DNA of 62,476 nt, filler included, from Candidatus Hydrogenedentota bacterium (GCA_040752395.1; 5 parts of 5 records of this genome joined end to end with filler, not necessarily neighbours in it), one strand, 5' to 3'; counted from the whole stretch's first letter, positions 1-9,440 are shown. Made by a program: numbers and translations. Notes: a model not told the origin generated them from the letters alone.

Positions 1-196
1 ACTTTTCAGCAGGCTCCGGGCTTTTTGCTCCAGCCACTGTAGTCCGTAGCCTGTAGCCCGTCCTCATACCTCTCACTTCTTCCGTTATCTTGCCTCTTGC
101 CTCTTTCGTTATCTTTCTTTTTCGTTATCTTGCTTCTTGCCTCTTGCTTATTGCTTCTACTTGATATCATTAGAGTTACAGCGTTTTTCAGAGGAG
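1..196 (+). repeat. Modular intergenic repeat element (SD-anchored family), oriented with + strand genes
   Basis: Reverse complement of the elements at 9441, 16647, 25401 and 43717; ends in TTTTTCAGAGGAG 9 nt before ATG 206. Confidence 0.9.
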
Positions 197-205
197 ATAA
201 TCGGG

Positions 206-416
206 ATGGTTTGTGAGACACCACAGATTGATGGCGCTTATGGCGCTCGTGGTATTGGCAAACATCCTAGCTGTATCTGCCGGTGTGGGTAATGCGATAT
301 ATTATGCCTGTGGTGCTGATATAACACATATGCCTGTACGACCAGAGGATGTCTGGCGTGCTATACACAAAGTGGCTCAACCTAAAACCCGCTTTATCAG
401 GGGTGAACGTTATTAA
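206..416 (+). pseudogene. C-terminal remnant of a xanthine dehydrogenase-family molybdopterin-binding subunit, frameshifted
   Basis: ATG 206 frame reads VCETPQIDGAYGARGIGKHP; a shifted frame reads GVGNAIYYACGADITHMPVRPEDVW. Both are typical XdhB/CoxL C-terminal motifs. Confidence 0.7.
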
Positions 417-1206
417 AAGTCAAAGATTCGGTTATTCGATTAGAAAAATAACAGATAATATACTTGAAACCATAGTACCTGTATCAGGTTATATAAAAAC
501 TATATATAATACTTCATTTGACGTAAAAGCTAATGGCTATCTTTTTAACTTCAATACTGACGAATCAAGACTACATCCCTTAAGTGTATTGATTGATGAA
601 ACGATCTTAAATTATATACATCCTGAAACAAGAGTAAGAATCGACAAAAAAGATATATCAATTGGACAGATCCAATTACATCTTGATTATATAATCCCGG
701 ATATTACTTATAACCATAAATTAATATTTCTTAGACCATATAATTTAAAAATTTTAAATAGCGGTTTAAAAATATCTAAAAAATTATCTTCTTTTTTTGA
801 TGATATCGCCTCTGTATTATCAAATATAAAGATTCAGTTAAAAAATAGATTTTTAGATAGTAATGAGTATATAAAATATTTTGGTGGTGGTGATGGGCTT
901 ACTCCTTCATTTGATGATTTTTTTACAGGATTAATTTTCACAGATAGAGTACTGCACAACAATTATATAAAAGCAGATGAATATTTTTTTAAAACGCTAT
1001 TTACAAAAACTACACTACCATCTTTTTATCAGCTAAAATTTGCATCACAGGGAAAATTATCCTTGCTTTTTGAAAGATTTATGAATAATTTTTTATATAG
1101 TAAGATTAATACAAAGGAAGTCTTGATGTGTATGAATACAGGTCATAGCTCTGGAACAAATATCCTTTATGGTATCAATTTTTATTTTACAAACTGTGCA
1201 AAATAA
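403..1206 (+). CDS. DUF2877 (YlbF/AllH-like) protein
   Basis: GxGLTPSxDDF and GHSSG motifs; near fdrA; start taken at GTG 403 (ORF open from 349). Confidence 0.75.
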   Translation: MNVIKSQRFGYSIRKITDNILETIVPVSGYIKTIYNTSFDVKANGYLFNFNTDESRLHPLSVLIDETILNYIHPETRVRIDKKDISIGQIQLHLDYIIPDITYNHKLIFLRPYNLKILNSGLKISKKLSSFFDDIASVLSNIKIQLKNRFLDSNEYIKYFGGGDGLTPSFDDFFTGLIFTDRVLHNNYIKADEYFFKTLFTKTTLPSFYQLKFASQGKLSLLFERFMNNFLYSKINTKEVLMCMNTGHSSGTNILYGINFYFTNCAK

Positions 1207-1625
1207 TCAATTAACAGCCTTACGTTTTTAAAACCAGATTTTACCAACTCTACGTCAATAGCCCCACAGTAGTAGCCAAAAATATGTAAGTTCTAATATG
1301 CGACTGTTAGTTCTCGAGTCAATCTACCATTCCTATGCGCATATTTTTCCAACATATCCCAATAACCTTCTATTGAGGTTGGCAATTGGCTTCCTGCAAC
1401 CCCTTTACTCATAAGAAATCCATCTATAGCAAATAAGCAAGCGAGATATCCGATGCCGCAAGCTTTTTGAAGTGACTTTATATCTGTATAAGTATTGTCT
1501 TTTATTGGGATAGACTTACGGATAGTTTCCGCATTCTCATAATATCTTTTTGCTTCACTTATACATTCTTTTGGGGTCTTCGCAAGCCCTGTTTTAATGA
1601 ATTCTTTTATCTTCATAATAGCCAC
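1182..1625 (-). pseudogene. DUF5618-like (HEPN-like) protein interrupted by an in-frame TAG at 1293-1295
   Basis: EAKRYYENA...ACGIGYLACLFAID motif; frame continues past TAG as NLHIFGYYCG... to TAA 1182. Confidence 0.55.
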
Positions 1626-1642
1626 CCTCGGTCTTCAGTGGA

Positions 1643-1733
1643 GTTTTTAAGTTCAGTGTTTAGTTTTCGGTTTTCGCTTCATCGATAACCTGAAACCCAA
1701 AACCTATAACCGAATATCTTGCATCTTGCTTCT
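1643..1733. repeat. Heptamer-repeat hairpin (GTTTTCG-type vs AACCNRA-type arms) plus TCTTGCTTC remnant
   Basis: GTTTAGTTTTCGGTTTTCG ... AACCTGAAACCCAAAACCTATAACCGAA read directly. Confidence 0.6.
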
Positions 1734-1756
1734 ATATATCATCTATAACTAAGGTT

Positions 1757-1785
1757 AATATATAATAAAATTTTTATATTGTCAA
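1757..1785 (-). promoter_or_regulatory. Sigma70-type promoter TTGACA-N17-TATATT
   Basis: Consensus -35 at 1780-1785, -10 at 1757-1762, upstream of the DUF5618-like gene. Confidence 0.55.
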
Positions 1786-1827
1786 ACCTGGTATTTATTA
1801 ATATTCTTTTTAGATTAAGGGGTTGCT

Positions 1828-3363
1828 ATGGTTATCAAACATATATTAAAAAAAGAGACATATTTTGATTCAGTAACGCTAATGTTGATAAATAACGAGA
1901 TAAAAAAAATGGATGGTGTTACTAATTCTGTTGTAGGGATGGGTACGGATTATAATATTGAAAGTTTAAAACGCTTGAACCTTTTTGTCATTGATTTACA
2001 CTCAGCTACCCCTAATGATTTAATCATCTGTGTTGAAGCGATAAACGATGATTCAGCACGAAAAAGTATTGAAAAAGCTGAAGAGTTACTTATTGAAAAG
2101 AAAAAGAGAGTACACGAATCCTCTGATTACGTACCGGCATCGCAAGAGAGCGCTTCAAAATTCTTACCGGGTGCTAATATTGTCATTATCTCAGTTCCGG
2201 GTCAATACGCTAAAAGAGAAGCTAAAATAGCTTTAGAAGCAGGGAGACACGTTATGCTCTTTTCGGATAACGTAACGATTGATGAAGAATTGGAGCTGAA
2301 AGAACTCGCTATAACTAAAGGGCTTCTTGTTATGGGACCTGACTGCGGGACCGCGATAATAAATGGTGTACCACTTGCATTCGCAAATTCTGTAAGACGA
2401 GGAGACATAGGTATCGTTGCCGCAAGTGGAACAGGGTTACAGGAAGTAAGCTGTATCATTCATAAACTTGGTTGCGGCATCTCACAGGCTATTGGCGTTG
2501 GCGGCAGAGATTTAAAAGAGAAGATTCAGGGCAGAATGACTATACAAGCCGTGACCGCACTTGCCAGTGACCCCAGAACTAAAGTCATTATTATTATATC
2601 AAAGCCACCAGAAGAAACTACTTATCTAAAATTGCTGGGAACACTAAAATTTATAAACAAACCAATTGTGATTTATTTTATAGGTGCTGATCCGGGAATT
2701 ATTAAACAGCATGGTTTTATAGCAGCCTCAAATCTTGAGGATACCGCAATTAAAGCCTGTGAACTCTCATTGAATAAAACTTTTCAACCACTTCTCTCTG
2801 ATTCGAAATTAGAGAATTTACTAAAAGCGAGTAATTATCCTGCTCTACAGACTACATATCTACGGGGGTTATATTCAGGTGGAACATTATGTGATGAGGC
2901 TCAACGTTTGCTCTTAGCTGACTTAAAAGAGATATATTCTAACACACCTGTCCCGGGTTGTAAAAACTTAGCTAATGTTTATCAAAGTGAAAAACATACA
3001 ATAATAGATTTAGGTGACGATGAGTTTACTCGTGGCCGGGCGCATCCAATGATAGACCCTGAATATAGAAAAGAAAGAATCATAACAGAGAGCAGGGATG
3101 AAAAAGTTGGTATGATAATATTCGATGTTGTTCTCGGCTATGGCTCGCATCCAGATATGGCTTCTGAGATGATTACTGCTATCAAACAGGCAAAAAAATC
3201 AGCTAAAACCCAGATTATCTTTGCCTGTAACATCTGCGGTACTGATGAAGATATCCAGGATTATAACAAACAAAAACAGATACTTGAAAGTGAGAACGTC
3301 TTTGTATTTTCATCACATCTCTCTTTGATTAAATTTGTAAAACAAATATTATTAAAAAAATGA
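1828..3363 (+). CDS. fdrA: Acyl-CoA synthetase FdrA (AllF-like)
   Basis: YFDSVTLM N-terminus, MGPDCGT, GLYSGGTL, DLGDDEFTRGRAHPMIDP motifs. Confidence 0.92.
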   Translation: MVIKHILKKETYFDSVTLMLINNEIKKMDGVTNSVVGMGTDYNIESLKRLNLFVIDLHSATPNDLIICVEAINDDSARKSIEKAEELLIEKKKRVHESSDYVPASQESASKFLPGANIVIISVPGQYAKREAKIALEAGRHVMLFSDNVTIDEELELKELAITKGLLVMGPDCGTAIINGVPLAFANSVRRGDIGIVAASGTGLQEVSCIIHKLGCGISQAIGVGGRDLKEKIQGRMTIQAVTALASDPRTKVIIIISKPPEETTYLKLLGTLKFINKPIVIYFIGADPGIIKQHGFIAASNLEDTAIKACELSLNKTFQPLLSDSKLENLLKASNYPALQTTYLRGLYSGGTLCDEAQRLLLADLKEIYSNTPVPGCKNLANVYQSEKHTIIDLGDDEFTRGRAHPMIDPEYRKERIITESRDEKVGMIIFDVVLGYGSHPDMASEMITAIKQAKKSAKTQIIFACNICGTDEDIQDYNKQKQILESENVFVFSSHLSLIKFVKQILLKK

Positions 3364-4334
3364 GCCTCTATAAAAAATTATTATTGATTATCGCCATCCT
3401 TTATATTCCAGCAGCGTTATCAGCACTTATAAAGAATTATAGAATTGAGTATATGCCTCATGAATCTGACAAAGCACCTAAAAATATTACTCATATCGAT
3501 TATGATAAAAACTTCGTTTACTGCCTTGATAATTATAGATTATACAGGTTTTATAAGGATGAATACATCTGGGATCAGCCATTTAATGAACCCATCGAAG
3601 CTTTTGATGTTGATGGAAGATATATTTATACTGAGAAATGGATATATAATAAAAAATTAAAAGAGAGATACCCTGTTAAAACTGATTTTTATAAAACATA
3701 TCAGGGAACCACCTGCGTGGTCTCAGATGATAATTTTATCTGGGTCGGTTCAGAAGATGGGGGTCTGAGCTGTTATGACAGAAGCAAAGATACTGCAATA
3801 AATTTTTATGAACATCCGTTCTCTGTATCAGGTAAAAAAATAGGTGGTTGTGATATTTCTGCTGTCTACCCGACAAAAGAGAAGGTCTGGGTGGGACGAT
3901 GGGACGGTTTAAGTGTGTATGACAGAGGAAATAAAACCTGGAAGAATTATTTAAGATGTGACTGGATCGATGCTCTCGCAGTTAGAGACGATAAAGTGTG
4001 GCTGGGGATCAGAAATAAAGGACTTTATCTGTTTGAGCCTCAATTAAAAGATAAATCGCTCCAGAAAATAAAACACTTTACATCAGAATACCCAACAAAA
4101 ATCTTACTTGAGGGTCAGGAAATATATGCCTCAGGCGAATATTTCGGGCTCCTAAATATCAACACGCAAACCAATGATTTCACTATTATTACTGATGATG
4201 AAATCTCAAAAAAAGCTAAAGTTGAGATTAAGAGTATCAGAACCTTTTGTAAAGATGGTAAAATACTCTGGCTTGGAACATATAATGGACTTGTTAAGCT
4301 AAGGATATGTTATCCACTTTCTTCTAACCCCTGA
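3360..4334 (+). CDS. Secreted beta-propeller protein (two-component regulator propeller-like repeats)
   Basis: Signal peptide; repeated IWVGS..GGL / VWVG..DGL / LWLGT..GL blades. Confidence 0.65.
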   Translation: MSLYKKLLLIIAILYIPAALSALIKNYRIEYMPHESDKAPKNITHIDYDKNFVYCLDNYRLYRFYKDEYIWDQPFNEPIEAFDVDGRYIYTEKWIYNKKLKERYPVKTDFYKTYQGTTCVVSDDNFIWVGSEDGGLSCYDRSKDTAINFYEHPFSVSGKKIGGCDISAVYPTKEKVWVGRWDGLSVYDRGNKTWKNYLRCDWIDALAVRDDKVWLGIRNKGLYLFEPQLKDKSLQKIKHFTSEYPTKILLEGQEIYASGEYFGLLNINTQTNDFTIITDDEISKKAKVEIKSIRTFCKDGKILWLGTYNGLVKLRICYPLSSNP

Positions 4335-4367
4335 ATTCTGGCTTTTTCAAAGGAGACCTGATTTTCA

Positions 4368-5396
4368 ATGAAGGCAATGGTGCTTACAAAAGTCTGTAAT
4401 TTAAATCAAAATAAAGAACCATTAACATTTGTTGAATTACCACAACCAGAACCAAAAGAGAACGAGATTCTTATTAAAGTAGCCGCCTGTGGAGTTTGTC
4501 ATACTGAACTTGACGAGATCGAGGGTAGGACTCCTCCATCGTTTTTCCCTATTGTCCCGGGTCATCAGATTGTTGGCAATATTGTTAAATTGAGTAAAAC
4601 TGCAGCAAGATTCAAGATAGGGGATAGAGTAGGTATAGCATGGATTAATTCTTGTTGTGGTATTTGCGAGTTCTGTTTATCTGATAAAGAGAACCTGTGC
4701 CCTGATTTCAAAGCAACCGGCAGGGATGTTAATGGCGGTTATGCTGAATATATAAGTATTAGAGAAGATTTTGCATACCGGATCCCAGATATTTTTAGTG
4801 ACACAGAAGCAGCACCACTTTTATGCGCAGGTGCTATCGGTTACCGTTCTCTGAAACTGACGGGTATCGTTGATGGCCAAAATCTTGGACTAACCGGGTT
4901 TGGTGCTTCAGCACATCTTGTAATTAAAATAGCAAAACATTTATACCCAAACTCAAAAATATTTGTTTTTGCAAGAAGCAAAAAAGAAAGGAATTTTGCT
5001 AAAGAACTTGGCGCATACTGGAGTGGTGATATAGATTCGCAATCGACTTCTAAACTGCATTGTATTATAGATACAACTCCTGTCTGGAAACCGATAATAA
5101 GCTCATTAAAAAATCTGACAGCAAATGGCAGACTTGTAATCAATGCTATACGTAAAGAAGAAATAGATAAAAGTTCTCTTTTAAGTTTAGATTACCCCTC
5201 CTGTTTATGGCTTGAAAAAGAGATAAAAAGTGTAGCAAATGTAACAAGAAACGATGTAAGTAATTTTTTGAAATTAGCTTCAGAGATACATATAAAACCC
5301 GAGGTGCAGGAATATCCTTTAAAAGAAGCTAACACAGCTTTAATCGAACTAAAAGAACGAAAAATTCGTGGAGCAAAAGTACTCAAAATTATATGA
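4368..5396 (+). CDS. Zinc-dependent alcohol dehydrogenase family protein
   Basis: CGVCHT, GHQ, structural Cys cluster, APLLCAGAIGYR. Confidence 0.9.
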   Translation: MKAMVLTKVCNLNQNKEPLTFVELPQPEPKENEILIKVAACGVCHTELDEIEGRTPPSFFPIVPGHQIVGNIVKLSKTAARFKIGDRVGIAWINSCCGICEFCLSDKENLCPDFKATGRDVNGGYAEYISIREDFAYRIPDIFSDTEAAPLLCAGAIGYRSLKLTGIVDGQNLGLTGFGASAHLVIKIAKHLYPNSKIFVFARSKKERNFAKELGAYWSGDIDSQSTSKLHCIIDTTPVWKPIISSLKNLTANGRLVINAIRKEEIDKSSLLSLDYPSCLWLEKEIKSVANVTRNDVSNFLKLASEIHIKPEVQEYPLKEANTALIELKERKIRGAKVLKII

Positions 5397-6451
5397 AAAG
5401 TTCGAGTCCAGAACCTCAAAATATATTGATAATACTTCTTGGTGGTATCGGTGATGTAATAATGTTTTCACCCTGTCTTCGCTTTATCAGGAATGCTTAT
5501 CCAAAATCAAGAATATCGCTTCTTATGAGTAAAGGAGTAATGAAAGATATCCTTGAAGATGGTTGCTATGATGATGTTATATTGTATGATGGCGTGTATA
5601 ATGTTATTAAAAAAGTAAGAAGCTGGAGATACGATATCTTAATATCAACCTTTCAGATAAATCCTTTAAAATCTGCTATACTTGGAAAACTCTGCAGAAT
5701 ACCTGTGACTATTGGTGAAGACCTGGGAATGAAGAAAAATATAAAAAAAACCACTGTTTTTTTAACACAATGTTATCATCGAAAAGGGAAAGAACATTGT
5801 TTAACTATTAATAACAATATATTGAGATTACTTAATCTTGATAATAAAGATGCTAAATATTATTTCCCTGTATCAGATGATAATCGAAAAACTATAATTA
5901 ATTTTTTTTCATCGAATAATATAAACCTTGATAATTTTCTGATAGCTATTCATCCTGGCTCTACTGAAACTTTGAAAATTAAAAGATGGCCAGAAGAGAA
6001 CTTTTCCAAAGTTATAGATAGTATCTCTGAAGATGAAAATATTACTATCTTTATTATGGGCAGCAAGGAAGAGGTCAATTTGGCTAATGAGATTATACCA
6101 GCTGGTAAAGATAATGTAATAAACACTGCCGGTATTTTTAATCTATTTGAAACCGGGGCTTTAATTGAGAGATGCAACCTTATTTTTGGTAATGATACAG
6201 GAATAATAAAGATTGCTGAAGCATTAGATATACCTACAATCTCAATCTGGGGACCAACAGACCCAGCTATCACAGGACCATATGATAGAAGTAAGCATAT
6301 AGTGATATATAAAAATTTAAACTGTAGCCCGTGTTTCAATTATCCAGAGGTGGGTTGCAATAAACCAGACTGTATTGAAACCATTACTGTCTCCGAAGTT
6401 TTAGATGTAATTCAAAAAAGAATTAAAGAGACCTGTAAAAGAGAGCTCTGA
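5393..6451 (+). CDS. Glycosyltransferase family 9 (LPS heptosyltransferase-like)
   Basis: GIGDVI, HPGS..KRWP, GNDTG, WGPT and C-terminal CSPC motifs. Confidence 0.85.
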   Translation: MKSSSPEPQNILIILLGGIGDVIMFSPCLRFIRNAYPKSRISLLMSKGVMKDILEDGCYDDVILYDGVYNVIKKVRSWRYDILISTFQINPLKSAILGKLCRIPVTIGEDLGMKKNIKKTTVFLTQCYHRKGKEHCLTINNNILRLLNLDNKDAKYYFPVSDDNRKTIINFFSSNNINLDNFLIAIHPGSTETLKIKRWPEENFSKVIDSISEDENITIFIMGSKEEVNLANEIIPAGKDNVINTAGIFNLFETGALIERCNLIFGNDTGIIKIAEALDIPTISIWGPTDPAITGPYDRSKHIVIYKNLNCSPCFNYPEVGCNKPDCIETITVSEVLDVIQKRIKETCKREL

Positions 6452-6589
6452 GAAACCTGGTCATCGCATCTAAAGTTGCTCACTACATTTTTTATTTTTT
6501 GTAATTTCAATATAATGTAGTAAGAGTCACAAGACCCGTTCTTTAGTCTTTAGCCCTGTTTTTAAAAAACAGGGTTTTTCAAAGACCCG
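6441..6589. mobile_element. MITE-like element, copy 1
   Basis: Reverse-complement homologue of 27105-27264 (shared TCGCATCTAAAG, GTCACAAGACCCGTTCTTTAG); imperfect terminal inverted repeats. Confidence 0.6.
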
Positions 6590-6620
6590 GTAGTGTTCCC
6601 CAAGCAATCAGTAACATTCT

Positions 6621-6938
6621 CTATTTAAGTTTAATCCCGGTGTTCACTATTTCTGTTACAAACAAATCTTCCTGACAAAAGTTTTCACTTTTTAAGGGAT
6701 GAAGTTCAATGAGACTGTTATATCCATGTGTCAATGGTATCAATCTTTCCATATCATAAAATCTTATGCCGCAAAAATCATCAGACACAAGTAATAGATC
6801 GATATCGCTCCATTTCTTAAAACTCCCTCTGGCATAAGAACCAAACAGGTAAGCAGTTTTTATAGAAATACCATTTTTTTCGATCTTTTCTATAAGACTT
6901 TTAATTTCTTTTATTACTTTATTTCGCTTAAAAGCCAT
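6621..6938 (-). CDS. Minimal nucleotidyltransferase (MNT) antitoxin
   Basis: LFGSYARG...SDIDL motif; overlaps HEPN gene. Confidence 0.88.
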   Translation of the reverse strand: MAFKRNKVIKEIKSLIEKIEKNGISIKTAYLFGSYARGSFKKWSDIDLLLVSDDFCGIRFYDMERLIPLTHGYNSLIELHPLKSENFCQEDLFVTEIVNTGIKLK

Positions 6939-7312
6939 TGGTAAATTCTCTTTATCCTTTCAAAGTATTCTTTAGTGAATTTCTTATTACAGAGTTTATA
7001 GAAGGTAAATTTTTTATCAGGATACCTTGTTTGAATGTTAAATTCATTAACCTTTTTAAGAAATTCTAAATCCTTCTTGCTAAATATTAGTTTTGTATTT
7101 TCAGCAAGAACATCTAACTTATGCAAAAGTGGTGGCATTTTTGAATTATCCCTTACATAAAAGGCTTTAAGAATCTTTTCCAAAACTAAATGGGCTAAAA
7201 AGAGACACCAATCATATCTTTCTTTCTCAAATAAAGATTCAGCTGTTTCTAAATCATGTTCTGCTGACTTTAGCCAATATTCAATCTCTTCCTTATATTG
7301 ATGTTTTTTCAT
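6914..7312 (-). CDS. HEPN domain protein (HEPN-MNT toxin-antitoxin pair)
   Basis: W..AEHDL..A, EKILKA, H.L..L, TRYP motifs. Confidence 0.88.
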   Translation of the reverse strand: MKKHQYKEEIEYWLKSAEHDLETAESLFEKERYDWCLFLAHLVLEKILKAFYVRDNSKMPPLLHKLDVLAENTKLIFSKKDLEFLKKVNEFNIQTRYPDKKFTFYKLCNKKFTKEYFERIKRIYQWLLSEIK

Positions 7313-7318
7313 AAGATA

Positions 7319-7346
7319 AAAATAATATAATTTTTTATATTGTCAA
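7319..7346 (-). promoter_or_regulatory. Sigma70-type promoter TTGACA-N16-TATTTT, probably giving a leaderless HEPN mRNA
   Basis: -35 at 7341-7346; -10 ends 6 nt before ATG 7312; no SD visible. Confidence 0.45.
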
Positions 7347-7667
7347 GTCCGAAATAGTCTGATTCCACCCTACACTGCTTGCTAATGCACGTCCAAATCC
7401 TGATTCGCTAAGGTTTTTACTCGATAAACTGCTTCGATAAGCAAAGAAAGAATAGTTCGTTGGCTTTTACGTATTGGTATTTTTTCTTGACAAATGCTTT
7501 GATTTCTGTTATCTTTGTTGCTGGATACATGGCTACAAACCCTCCTGTAAATAATTATTTTATTTTTAATACAGGGGGGTTTATTTTTCAATATTAAAAC
7601 CGGGGTAGAATCAGGCAAAAATTAAGTTGACTAAAAAAGATAATTTTTAAAGTTTTAGTATATTTTT

Positions 7668-7847
7668 ATGTCGAAAATTAATGAACTTTTTAATGAAGAG
7701 ATCAAAGTTATAAATGTGGGAATACCGACATTTGCTGAAGATTTAAAAAAGCAAGGTGTACCTGTTCAGAATGTTGACTGGCGACCGCCTGCTGCCGGTA
7801 ATAAAAAGATTCAGGCTTTACTTGATAAGATTAGAGCAAGGAGATGA
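7668..7847 (+). CDS. Stand-alone FdrA C-terminal domain protein (59 aa)
   Basis: Own translation MSKINELFNEEIKVINVGIPTFAEDLKKQGVPVQNVDWRPPAAGNKKIQALLDKI matches the FdrA C-terminal VIN.G...F...W.P.AGN motif. Confidence 0.8.
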   Translation: MSKINELFNEEIKVINVGIPTFAEDLKKQGVPVQNVDWRPPAAGNKKIQALLDKIRARR

Positions 7848-7851
7848 AACA

Positions 7852-8328
7852 ATGCAAAGAAAGATTGGCTTGGTACTGGTAGTGCTTAATCTTATAATGG
7901 CTCTTATGGCAACTAATTATTTTCTGCGTATACAAAAATTGAGTATAATCCAATGGCTTGCAGTAAATACCTGCACGCCGAGTATAATTATTTTTGTTAT
8001 AGGATATTTTTTAAAAAATATGTGGTTAATGGGGTTTTCAGCTGTGTTTTTGCTTTTTTACGGCGGATGTGGGTTGATTGTATTTAGATGGAGTCTCAAT
8101 CTACAGGACTTATTTCCTCAAACCGGACATATCTTTATGACTTGTGCGGTTATCTATATTGTTTATGTGGCCATAGTAAAGCATGAGATTAAAAAATTTT
8201 TCATTGGCGCATTAATTGGTTTACTTGTTTTTATACCTCTATTTTATTTTCAGCATAGATATCAGATAGAAAACCCGGAACTTTTAAAACTTCTCGGGTT
8301 TAAGGATAACTACAAACCGACTGAATAA
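7852..8328 (+). CDS. Hypothetical multi-pass membrane protein
   Basis: AAGGAG SD before ATG 7852; about 5 hydrophobic segments. Confidence 0.6.
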   Translation: MQRKIGLVLVVLNLIMALMATNYFLRIQKLSIIQWLAVNTCTPSIIIFVIGYFLKNMWLMGFSAVFLLFYGGCGLIVFRWSLNLQDLFPQTGHIFMTCAVIYIVYVAIVKHEIKKFFIGALIGLLVFIPLFYFQHRYQIENPELLKLLGFKDNYKPTE

Positions 8329-8332
8329 GATT

Positions 8333-9040
8333 TTAATTAATAGTAACTTTATCTTTAAGATTTTCAAATGTTTTATCGCCGATCCGTGGAACCTCTCTTA
8401 ATTCCTCAATACTTTTAAACCCGTTATGTTTTTCGCGATACTCGATTATAGATTTTGCTGTTTTCGGACCTATGCGGGGTAATTTCTGTAATTCCTCAAG
8501 TGCGGCTGTATTGATGTTAATTTTGAGCTCGTTTTTTATCTCTGTTGTTTCAACTTGTTGTTTATTATCGGTTTTCTGTGAGAGTTGAGTTTTCGCTTCG
8601 CGTTCCATAGCATAGTGCATCAAATCTTTTTCTTCTATAACCTTCTCCTTTATCTCATCTTTTTCTAATCTTTCAGGAACAATTATCTTCTCACCATCAA
8701 TAAGTTTCTTTGCAGGGTTTAAGTTGGAATAAATCGCTTGCTCAGTAAACCCACCACTTTGCTCTATTAATTCATAAAGTCTGCAGCTACTTTTGACCTG
8801 ATATATTCCAGGCTTTTTAACACCACCTTCAATATATACAACAATTGTATCACTTTTATCTTTGCAATGTTGCTCTGGGACTATAAGTGTGCTCTCTATT
8901 TTATCCTGTTTAAGTGGTTGCGACAGGCTCCTATCAACTTTTAATCCTTGTTCTTTCTGTGTGTATAAAAAGTATGACCCTATACCAATCAGAGCTACGA
9001 GTATCAATACAGCGATGACATCTTTAGCCTTAAAATCCAT
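8333..9040 (-). CDS. comEA: Competence DNA-binding protein ComEA
   Basis: N-terminal TM, SLBB (V.I.GGV..PG.Y), ININTA..EEL..LP.IG helix-hairpin-helix. Confidence 0.85.
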   Translation of the reverse strand: MDFKAKDVIAVLILVALIGIGSYFLYTQKEQGLKVDRSLSQPLKQDKIESTLIVPEQHCKDKSDTIVVYIEGGVKKPGIYQVKSSCRLYELIEQSGGFTEQAIYSNLNPAKKLIDGEKIIVPERLEKDEIKEKVIEEKDLMHYAMEREAKTQLSQKTDNKQQVETTEIKNELKININTAALEELQKLPRIGPKTAKSIIEYREKHNGFKSIEELREVPRIGDKTFENLKDKVTIN

Positions 9041-9118
9041 CTTTTTATCCTGTAATGTTAATTTTATTGTTAGGATTAAAAAAATCAAGAAAAAATTGTG
9101 AAAAAAAGTATTCCATCA

Positions 9119-9207
9119 GAACGTGTGAAATAATCATCATTAATACCGGGCAACTCTTTTATTATCAGCCCCTATTTTCTGAAAAAGTCTAATTTTTTCA
9201 CACGTTC
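9119..9207. mobile_element. 89-bp MITE with perfect 12-bp TIR and TCA target duplication
   Basis: GAACGTGTGAAA ... TTTCACACGTTC flanked by TCA at 9116-9118 and 9208-9210. Confidence 0.6.
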
Positions 9208-9251
9208 TCAGTTTTCGGTGGAGTTTGTTAATGTTAGACCATCTACGTTTT

Positions 9252-9297
9252 GAGGCACAAAGGCACAAAGGCACAGAGGCACAGATGCACAAAGGAT
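9252..9297. repeat. Octamer module (GGCACAAA/GGCACAGA)n of the modular repeat family, cut by gap
   Basis: Reverse complement of the CTTTGTGC modules at 20888, 21648, 42750. Confidence 0.75.
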
Positions 9298-9397
9298 NNN
9301 NNNNNNNNNNNNNNNNNNNNNNNNNNNNNNNNNNNNNNNNNTTAATTAATTAANNNNNNNNNNNNNNNNNNNNNNNNNNNNNNNNNNNNNNNNNNNN
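9298..9397. other. Assembly gap with artificial linker
   Basis: N44-TTAATTAATTAA-N44. Confidence 0.98.
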
Positions 9398-9433
9398 TAT
9401 CAAGTCTTCACTCATTATTTCCGTAATCTTCAT
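9398..9433 (-). CDS. ptsN: 5' fragment of PTS IIA (PtsN-like) gene, truncated by gap
   Basis: MKITEIMSEDLI with SD; canonical rpoN-hpf-ptsN order. Confidence 0.6.
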
Positions 9434-9440
9434 AAAGAAT

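Noticed and set aside
6-224. ORFs lying in repeats (6..224, 21521..21721, 21564..21782, 25283..25468, 31872..32144)
   Set aside because: Low-complexity translations of repeat modules with no SD or family motifs
1293-1295. Genome-wide amber reassignment
   Set aside because: TAG terminates rpoN, rplK and ftsZ at the expected positions
7359-7618. ORF 7382..7618 and short inverted repeats (CCTGATTC/GAATCAGG) as a possible MITE
   Set aside because: No recognisable protein motif; repeats only 8-12 bp, no TSD or second copy in the window
9342-9353. TTAATTAATTAA palindrome recurring in all four N-runs
   Set aside because: Artificial all-frame stop linker used to join contigs; not biological
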